A stretch of DNA of 32,000 nucleotides, taken from contig NZ_CP064925.1 in NCBI RefSeq assembly GCF_018336915.1, positions 266,053-298,052 on the forward strand. Direction: 5' to 3'. The notes beneath the pieces are model-generated. The model searched no databases and was not told where the DNA came from. It saw only the letters and a program-made list of their open reading frames with translations. The position numbers and the translations under genes were made by a program. Below, in pieces: positions 8,053 to 16,115 of the stretch; position 1 is the stretch's first letter, and each line of letters starts with the position of its first letter. The stretch is from Acaryochloris marina S15 (GTDB lineage: Bacteria > Cyanobacteriota > Cyanobacteriia > Thermosynechococcales > Thermosynechococcaceae).

Positions 8053-9816
8053 ATGCAAGTAGCTAGTACGCAGATATTAATGATCGAGGATGACGATCAA
8101 GATGTTGAGATGGTTCAGCATTTTCTTGATGATATGCCCATAGTACCGTTTACTCTCAAACACAGAAATACTCTGTCAGGGGGGATTAATATGCTTCAAG
8201 ATAGTGAAGCCATTGATCTCATTCTGCTGGATCTATCCTTGCCTGATGCTCATGGCTTAGATACTTTTCATCAAGTACATCAAGCTTTTCCTCAAAAGCC
8301 GCTCATTATCCTAAGTGGCAATTCAGATCCAACAGTAGCCGATGAAGCCTTGCAAGAGGGAGCCCAAGATTTCCTCGTTAAAGGGGACTTTGATAGCACT
8401 TCTCTCTGCTTCTCTATTCAACATGCTTTAGAACTTCAAAAGCATCGAGTTGAGCTAGAGCTTCAGGACACCACCATCAATGCCTTATCAAAACAGTTGG
8501 AGATCGCCAGAAGAGAAATTGAAAAACTGGCAACCCTAGACTCTCTGACCAGCGTACTGAATAGAAATGGCTTTGATGAAGTCTGTTTGTCAGAATGGAA
8601 ACGACTTCAGCGAGAACAGAAACGATTGTCCCTGATCCTATGCGAGATAGACCCTATAGAAGGAAAAAACAATTGCCCCTCTCAAGCCTGGAAAGATAAT
8701 TGTTTGCAGCAAATTGCAAAGGCAATGACCAAAGTGGCCAAGCGTCCTGGAGATTGTGTCGCTAGATGTAGCGAAAATCAGTTTGCTATCCTCTTACCCC
8801 ATACCGATATCCTTGGGGCTACATTGATCGCTGAATCCATTAGAACTGAAATCCATGGGCTCAGCATGAATTATTCCTCAGGCTTACATTGCCTACCGAT
8901 CACCTTGAGTTACGGAGTCACCAGCCATATTCCCACTACTAATGATTCTCCTTCATTGTTGTTAGAAGCGGCGAATCAAGCTTTAGCTGGAGCGAGGAGA
9001 CAAGGTCAAAACCGAGTATTTTGGCAAACTATTGGTGATGTTAATACCGATCTATACACTTATCAAACTTTGTATTGGGTTGGCAGACTCCATCAGGCCC
9101 TGCTGTCCGATCAGTTTCAGCTATACGCTCAACCGATTCATTCCCTCAAGGGTCAACCAGAAATCAAGGGATATGAAATACTGCTACGCTTAAACGACCA
9201 GCAAGGAATTTCTTCCCCTGGAATGTTTTTACCAATGGTAAAACAGTATGACTTTATGACCCAGATTGATCAGTGGGTGATTGAGCACCTGCTACGAGCG
9301 CTTTCAAAAAGGCAAGCCAAGAATCAAGATAAATCCTCATTCTTCATCACTCTATCTGCTGCTACTTGTAAAAGCGGAAGAATCTCTGATTATATCCAGC
9401 AGCAATTAAGCAGATATGATTTTCCTGCTGAACGGGTTACTTTCCTCATCTCAGAAACCACTGCATTGAAGCATCTATCCAAAACAACAACCCTGTGCAA
9501 CTCACTTAAAGCTTTGGGCTGTCACATCGCATTGAATGATTGCGGGAGTGATATCTCAGCCTTTAGCCAACTAAGGACGATTGGGGCAAATTACGTGAAA
9601 ATTGATGGCAGTTTAGTCGAAGGCATCACCACTGATCCTGTCATTCAAGAAATTGTGGCATCGATACAGGAAGTAGCCAAAGTCATGAAGATGCAAACAA
9701 TTGCTGAGCAGGTTGAATCATATTCCACCCTTAAAGCACTATCAGAATTAGGGATAGATTATGCTCAAGGACATTGTTATGAACGAGCAACACCACTCAA
9801 ACAAATCCTAACGTAA
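8053..9816 (+). CDS. REC / degenerate GGDEF / degenerate EAL protein (paralog B). It is a candidate c-di-GMP receptor rather than an enzyme.
   Basis: Same architecture and N-terminus as paralog A (MQVASTQILMIEDDDQDVE). The A-site is SENQF instead of GGEEF, and DxDHFKxxND is lost, but RPGD (RxxD) is retained. Relative to paralog A, the EAL domain changes are N to T (FITLS), ExxE to LISE, and DDFG to NDCG. Confidence 0.9.
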   Translation: MQVASTQILMIEDDDQDVEMVQHFLDDMPIVPFTLKHRNTLSGGINMLQDSEAIDLILLDLSLPDAHGLDTFHQVHQAFPQKPLIILSGNSDPTVADEALQEGAQDFLVKGDFDSTSLCFSIQHALELQKHRVELELQDTTINALSKQLEIARREIEKLATLDSLTSVLNRNGFDEVCLSEWKRLQREQKRLSLILCEIDPIEGKNNCPSQAWKDNCLQQIAKAMTKVAKRPGDCVARCSENQFAILLPHTDILGATLIAESIRTEIHGLSMNYSSGLHCLPITLSYGVTSHIPTTNDSPSLLLEAANQALAGARRQGQNRVFWQTIGDVNTDLYTYQTLYWVGRLHQALLSDQFQLYAQPIHSLKGQPEIKGYEILLRLNDQQGISSPGMFLPMVKQYDFMTQIDQWVIEHLLRALSKRQAKNQDKSSFFITLSAATCKSGRISDYIQQQLSRYDFPAERVTFLISETTALKHLSKTTTLCNSLKALGCHIALNDCGSDISAFSQLRTIGANYVKIDGSLVEGITTDPVIQEIVASIQEVAKVMKMQTIAEQVESYSTLKALSELGIDYAQGHCYERATPLKQILT

Positions 9817-9884
9817 TTTCTTTTCTTACTAAGAACTCTCCCTTCGTCAATGAAAAGTGAGACATCAATAGAGCAATCAATTTT

Positions 9885-10421
9885 TTATCCATAAAAACTA
9901 ACCACGTTGTTTAGCAGCATCCCTGTTGATTGGACGGAAGGTGGAACTTCTGCATTCCTCTGGTTTGCCAGGAACTGCTTCCAAGCCGCAGTAATAGTGG
10001 AAGGTGCAACACCAACAAGCATTGCTAACAAGTTATTTGGAATTCTTTGGATCTCTTCCAGACTGAACTGTTGGCTAAACATTACTAATATAGCGATTCC
10101 CCTATTGAGGGGGGAGCTGATCTCACAGATTTCCTTTAATTGTTCAATGTTCTTTATCCGATTCTGAAAAGCACTGAAGCGCATCTCGTCAGTTTTAGGA
10201 ATTTCATATTCAACTGCTCCTAATACATGGATACTGATACATTCTGGGTCAAATGGACCTCCAATAGCTGCACCAGGGCCAATGTACTCTGCATAGTATT
10301 TCTTTTGGAGAATAACACCTGTTTGTTGATGATTCACAATCGACCATAGATGTCCGTTCTGTAGGATTTCAATAGATAGATGCTCTCGCATATTTGGAGA
10401 AGCTACTTTATGTTGTGACAT
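9885..10421 (-). CDS. Small CRP/FNR-like protein: a short beta-barrel-like N-terminal part plus a C-terminal helix-turn-helix. Function unknown.
   Basis: 178-aa ORF. The C-terminal segment IPNNLLAMLVGVAPSTITAAWKQF looks like a CRP-family recognition HTH. The N-terminal IGPGAAIGG...VLGAVEYEIP resembles the cNMP-barrel pattern. This assignment rests on pattern recognition only. Confidence 0.5.
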   Translation of the reverse strand: MSQHKVASPNMREHLSIEILQNGHLWSIVNHQQTGVILQKKYYAEYIGPGAAIGGPFDPECISIHVLGAVEYEIPKTDEMRFSAFQNRIKNIEQLKEICEISSPLNRGIAILVMFSQQFSLEEIQRIPNNLLAMLVGVAPSTITAAWKQFLANQRNAEVPPSVQSTGMLLNNVVSFYG

Positions 10422-10842
10422 AAGTGAAATAAATGAATAAATGCTAGAAATATGAATTTTTAGGAGTAAGATACTTTGACTATTATCATCAGAGTTATAT
10501 TTATTCTAGTAAAGATTAGAATAGGATATTACTTGTCTGTTCAATGTATCTATAGCCATCATAATATTTGACTATTATTTTTTCATCCGTAATAATACGG
10601 CAAAATAAATTTTTAATTAATATATAATTCAGTACTAATAAGCTCTATACAAAGTATACATATGAATAGTATGAAAGCCTTTACTGTTGCTTAAGTGCAG
10701 CTATTTAATGGATTATTTTGTGATATTTATAACTTATACATCGCAATAGATTTATGCTTGTCGTTACCTGACAGAAGTCTTTCTATGAGTTTAAAAAATC
10801 TTAGACTAAATACAATTTTTACAACTAGACTAGATTGAAGAT

Positions 10843-11835
10843 CTACATCTGAATAGGTTGGAAAAAGTGAAGGCAATTGCGACCTTGTTCCTTGGCCATA
10901 TATAGAGATTGATCTGCCAGTTCAATTAATTGAGAGGGAGCGATTTCTTTCTTTGGAATAACACTGGCTACCCCTAAACTGAGACTAATCCAATGACCCA
11001 CTGAGGAAGATATATGAGGAATATGGAGTGCTTCAATTTCTGCTCTGATGGCCTCTGCAACATGGACAGCCCCCGATTGATCTGTGTTAGGTAACACTAC
11101 TGCAAATTCTTCCCCACCATACCGAGCCACACAGTCTGCTGGCCGCTTGGCAACTGTCTTAATAGCATGGGCTACTTGCTGTAAACAGTGATCTCCAGCC
11201 GGGTGACCATAGGTATCGTTATAGGCCTTAAAGTGATCGACATCGCATAGGATTAAAGAAAGGGGTTGCCCTTCCCGCATTAATCGGACCCACTCAGACA
11301 TAAATACTGTGTCAAATCGACGTCGGTTGCTAAGCTTAGTCAAGCTGTCTATTACAGCAATATTTTCAAGTTTACGGTTTGCTATTGTTAACTCTTTGGA
11401 GATTTTTTTCAAAGATTCGTTCTTCTCTCTCAATTCTGAGCGTAAATTTTGTCGTTCTAGAGCGAATTGAATTGAACAACATAATACAGTGGCGTCAAAA
11501 TGTCCTTTGAATAGACAATCTTGTGCTCCATGCTGCAATAGGTGAAGTGCTTGCAATGGGTCCAGATTGCCACTGAGAATAATCAGAGGCATTTCAGGGA
11601 AGGTCAGCTGAATTTGTTGAAATGCTTCTAGGCCATGGGCATCAGTTAAAGATAGATCAAGGAGTATGAGGTCGAAGGCAGGATGATGGTGAAGTCGAGC
11701 TATCCCTTCTGCCAATGTCTTCCTATGTTCAAGAGTAGCGGAAAAACTGTGACGGCCCTCCAGTAATTCTTTGATGATTTCAACATCTTGTTTATCATCT
11801 TCAATCATCAAAATCCGAGTATCACCAATCTGCAT
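10843..11835 (-). CDS. REC-GGDEF diguanylate cyclase (paralog C, no EAL domain)
   Basis: 330 aa. The N-terminus MQIGDTRILMIEDDKQDVE is paralogous to A and B. RPAD I-site, GGEEF and DVDHFKAYND are intact. The nucleotide sequence of the GGDEF part is close to paralog A, with identical tracts of 39 and 26 nt. Confidence 0.92.
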   Translation of the reverse strand: MQIGDTRILMIEDDKQDVEIIKELLEGRHSFSATLEHRKTLAEGIARLHHHPAFDLILLDLSLTDAHGLEAFQQIQLTFPEMPLIILSGNLDPLQALHLLQHGAQDCLFKGHFDATVLCCSIQFALERQNLRSELREKNESLKKISKELTIANRKLENIAVIDSLTKLSNRRRFDTVFMSEWVRLMREGQPLSLILCDVDHFKAYNDTYGHPAGDHCLQQVAHAIKTVAKRPADCVARYGGEEFAVVLPNTDQSGAVHVAEAIRAEIEALHIPHISSSVGHWISLSLGVASVIPKKEIAPSQLIELADQSLYMAKEQGRNCLHFFQPIQM

Positions 11836-12497
11836 CGCCTTACTCCCCTATTCTTTTTAGACAATGGCACATGCATATTAAAGTATGAACTCAAAAAAAT
11901 TTGTTAATTCCATAATGTTTTCTCATCTCTCAGAATAATGTCTGCATATCTATAGTGAATTGAAAATTAACAGAAAATACAACTAATGATGAAGTAAAGA
12001 TTCAGTTAAGATCTTCTGTGCTATTTGCTACTGTTATTCAATAAATTGATGCTTTACTAATCATGCTAAGTATCTTATATTCTTAGTCCTAAAATTAACC
12101 TCAATAACTAATAAGAATTGACTTGATACCAATTAGTACCTAAGAGTATAATTTTAATTATTTGCTAACCCAACTCAGTATTGGGTTTCACGAGTTTGAG
12201 AGTTACACCTTCAGGCACAGCTTGGTATAAGCTACAAATACCTAGCCTATAAAAACTCTATTTAAATTTAATGTTCGTCAATTAACTAACATCAAGAAGA
12301 GATGTTTTCTGTTAATTTTTTATTCACATAAGAAATATAATTGCATTATTGCTTGGAGGCAATGAAATAGATTTGCCGAAAATGTTCTTTACTTCATTCG
12401 ATTGTCGTTTAATTTAGGTAGATGCTGGAAGTTAGTTGTTTTCTATAACGGGCATATTAATAAGAAGTAGTTTAGATGGAACTAATTTAGTGCATCG

Positions 12498-14912
12498 ATG
12501 ATTGGGACAACATCTTCTACAAAAGTTCAGCATTTTCTTGTTATTGAAGATGAATTAGGGAAGCGTACAATTCCACTACTGGAAACGACTTGTTCTATTG
12601 GCCGAGATCCCAGCAACTCGATTGTGATTCAATCACCATCAGCATCTCGTCAGCATGCTTTACTGATGAGGGTCACGATGCCTGATACCGATAGCCACAT
12701 GTTTCGCTTGATTGATGGAAACCTCCAAGGTAAACGCAGTAAGAATGGTTTGAAAGTTAATGACCATACTTGTACCACACATGATTTGAATCATGGTGAT
12801 GAAGTCATTTTTGGCGAGGATGTGCGGGCCAGATATTACATGACGAACAATATCGCTGATGTGCATTTTCTAGAGTCTTGTGCTGCTGATGAAGTCACGG
12901 GCTTTTTGTCTAATCTTCATAATCCAATGCAGACCTTAACGCAATCAGGTGAGGTACTTGCTAGCTTTAATGAGGCTGCTATTGTCCGTTTAGCATCTTT
13001 CCCAGAGCTCTTTTCTAACCCCATCATCGAAATTAACTTAAAGGCAAAACTACTTATTTAAATCCCGCTGCCGTAGCCCAATTCCCTCAACTACGGGATC
13101 TTCAATCTAAACACCCAATATTGGAGGGTTAGTCACATTAATTGCCAAGGATCATGAAAAGTTTTTTGTTAGAGAAGTAGAAATAGGAACCCAAGTTTTT
13201 GAGCAATCCGTTCACTTTATTGCTGAGAGTGATCTGATTCGAAGTTATATCGTTGATATTACAGAACGAAAGTTAACGGAAGCGGCTTTGAATGATAGTG
13301 AGCGCCGATTTCGGGCTATTTTCAATCAAACCTTTCAGTTCTCAGGTCTTTTGAAGCCTAATGGTATTTTGTTGGAGGCTAATCAAACTGCTCTGGAGTT
13401 TGGTGGTCTCCATTTAGAAAATGTGATCAATTGTCCACTCTGGGAAACTCGATGGTGGACCAATTCAACAGAGACTCAAAGTCGGCTCCAGAATGCTGTA
13501 TTGGAGGCGGCTAAGGGAAAGTTCGTTCGGTATGAGGTGGATGTACTTGGAGCCAAGGACAAGGTGACAACCATCGATTTTTCTTTAAAGCCCGTCCGTG
13601 ATGAACTCGGTGTTGTCGTGTTGCTGATTTTCGAAGGTCGAGATATCAGCTATCACAAGCAAGTTGAAGCAGACTTACAGCAGGCACATAGCGAACTTGA
13701 GTTAAGAGTGCAACAACGAACAGCTGAGCTCAAGCAGAGTAATGAGCAATTAAGAAGCGAAATTGGTGAACGTGAGCGTGCCGAAACAGCTTTGCAATCG
13801 AGTGTTGCCACTAATCGGGCCTTGATCAATGCAATGCCCGATTGGATGTTTCGCATTAATAGGGATGGTATTTTCGTCAATTATAAAGATGCCTTGAACA
13901 CCAAGTTCCCCTTCCAACTGAAGAGTTTTTAGGTCAGTCCCTAGAAAGGATCTTTTGCCAAGACACGGCACAACCGTTTTTTGACTGTATTCAAGCAGCA
14001 TTTACCACTAAGGAGATGCAGCTACTCGAATATCAACTGGAGTCTGAGAGTAACCTTTGCTTTTTTGAAGCTCGGATTGTAGTGAGTGCCGAGAATGAAG
14101 TGATGGCTGTAATTCGCGATATCACTGACCGCAAACGGGCTGAAGACGATATCCGCACAGCCCTGACCAAGGAACGGGAACTCAACGAACTCAAGTCTCG
14201 CTTTGTCGCTATGACCTCCCATGAGTTTAGAACCCCCTTGGCAACTATTTTGTCTTCGGCGGAGCTGTTGGAGCATTATGGCCACAAGTGGGACGATACT
14301 CGGAAGCTCAAGCACTTGAAACAAATTCAACAATCTGTAGAACATATGACAGGCCTGTTAAATGATGTGCTTCTACTGGGTAAAGCAGAATCAGGGAATC
14401 TCGCCTTTAAACCCATCCACATGCACCTAACAGATTTTTGCAGAGGTCTAGTAGAAGAGCTGCAGATTACTACGAATACTCATGAGATTGTATGCCAGTT
14501 GCAAGAACAAACTACAGAACTACATATGGATGAGAAATTGCTTCGGCATATCTTTACGAATTTACTCTCTAATGCAATTAAATACTCCCCCCAAGGAGGA
14601 CGAATAGATTTTGGTTTGGCCTTTGAAAATGACTATGCAATCTTCAATGTCCAAGATCATGGTTTAGGGATTCCCCAAACGGAGTGTGATCGCGTTTTTA
14701 ATTCCTTTAATCGGGCCAGCAATGTTGGCAATATTTCAGGGACAGGATTGGGGTTGGCTATCGTGAAACGTTCTGTTGATTTGCATGGGGGTGAAATCTC
14801 ACTCACTAGTCAAGAAAAGGTCGGAACCACCTTTACTGTACGACTGCCAGTAGGGGGAATTAACGGGATTGGGGAAAACAAATTTCAAATGACGTTCCAG
14901 CCTCTCGCTTGA
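12498..14912 (+). pseudogene. FHA - PAS - PAS - PAS - HisKA - HATPase sensor histidine kinase, split by three 1-nt frame breaks
   Basis: ORFs 12498-13061 (FHA: CSIGRDPSNSIVI...SRQHA), 13288-13932 (PAS plus coiled coil) and 14016-14912 (PAS end, HisKA SHEFRTPL, N/G1/G2 boxes) join seamlessly. The join requires restoring one base at each of the A-run at about 13040-13042, the T-run at about 13129-13130 and the C-run at 13908-13911. The frame classes 0 to 2 to 1 to 0 fit three single-base deletions. Confidence 0.85.
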
Positions 14913-15027
14913 CAGTTATGGTACCTGAAATCTGTTTTGTTAAGGTGTTAAGCATCCGTAAGCCCAAAGTGTGGGATCTTGCAACGTTCAGGTTAGCGGG
15001 TAAACCAATACCGCTATCGAAAATTTT

Positions 15028-15327
15028 CCACCTGTAAATGTTTCCGGGTTAACTTGCCAAGCCTGAGTTTTGGAGGTTTTACAATGGTTTCACTCCACTC
15101 AGATTGGAAGGCATCTCTTTTTGTCAAAGTCAAAATTGTACTCAGTGATGACTACGGCAATGTCTTACCAGCAAGTTTCGCCAGAAGAATAAGGGGATAA
15201 GCTAGTCTGAACGAGTAACTCGCGCCTTAACTGTACTGAGAACTGCGGAACTAAATGGCCAATAGCAGCAGCTCTGGCTCCCTCAAACCAATGCAGAGTA
15301 AGTGAACCCGGAATAATTTACAGGTGG
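15028..15327. repeat. Inverted-repeat pair enclosing about 254 bp (MITE-like or IS-remnant candidate)
   Basis: CCACCTGTAAATGTTTCCGGGTT (15028-15050) against AACCCGGAATAATTTACAGGTGG (15305-15327) gives 21 of 23 complementary positions. Flanking A/T runs are partly complementary. There is no long ORF inside. Confidence 0.45.
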
Positions 15328-15520
15328 GATTTTTCTAAGCTGTGTCGCCAACCAAGCAACTTATTTGGGTGAATGTGCTGACGCCATTTGAACAGTTTAG
15401 GGGTTAGGGAGAGATGCCTAGGAGATTCAGATGGGTCAGCAGGGAGCGTTCTATAGGGGTGGGGTTTATATTGAGAAATAAGGGTATTTGGTGAACAATG
15501 ATTTCTGAAGGTAGAAAGAC

Positions 15521-15964
15521 ATGGTTAGGGCTTTACTCAGGTTTGGTTCTGGGGATTTCGACTTACTTGAGATTTTGCGGAGAGGGCCAGATGCTTGGAA
15601 CCAGTGGCGTGAGAAAAATCCTAATCAGGAGATAAATCTCAGTGGTGCAAAACTCAACGGTGCCAATCTCCACAGTGCCGACCTCCACAATGCAAAACTA
15701 AGCAGTGCAAAACTCAACGGTGCCGATCTCCGCAGTGCCGACCTTAGCGATGCAAAGCTCAACGATGCGAACCTCACCCGTGCAAAACTAAGCAGTGCAA
15801 AACTGAACAATGCGAACCTCGTTGGTGCCAACCTTTTTGGTGCCCACCTCTTCAATACTGATTTCACGAATGTCAACCTCAGACGTGCCGAACTATTCGG
15901 TGCTATTGTTTTTGAAGAAACTAAGATTGATCCTAAATGGCTTCCTAAACCTCATCCAAGATGA
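15521..15964 (+). CDS. Pentapeptide-repeat protein
   Basis: 147 aa with about 20 consecutive A(D/N)LxX pentapeptides (GAKLNGANLHSADLHNAKLSSAKLNGADLRSADLSDAKL...). Confidence 0.9.
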   Translation: MVRALLRFGSGDFDLLEILRRGPDAWNQWREKNPNQEINLSGAKLNGANLHSADLHNAKLSSAKLNGADLRSADLSDAKLNDANLTRAKLSSAKLNNANLVGANLFGAHLFNTDFTNVNLRRAELFGAIVFEETKIDPKWLPKPHPR

Positions 15965-15999
15965 GATCTGGAGTTTTTAGATCTTGGGTGTTTTTGCAT
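15957..15999 (+). terminator. Candidate intrinsic terminator of the pentapeptide gene
   Basis: CCAAGAT...ATCTTGG and an inner AGATCT...AGATCT pairing can form a stem. It is followed by GTGTTTTTG. Confidence 0.45.
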
Positions 16000-16115
16000 A
16001 GATTCTTTTCGGGGCTTATGCGAAATACCTTCTATATATCAACAGTTTTGATTCTTTTGATTAATTCTCAGTAAAAAGGGCTCTTGTCCTCTTTTGTCGT
16101 CATAAAAAGTTATTT

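Noticed and set aside
15625-15876. Minus-strand 83-aa ORF with the repetitive SFA/LRF pattern
   Set aside because: It is the antisense reading of the pentapeptide-repeat gene. Its periodicity simply reflects the 15-nt repeat on the sense strand.
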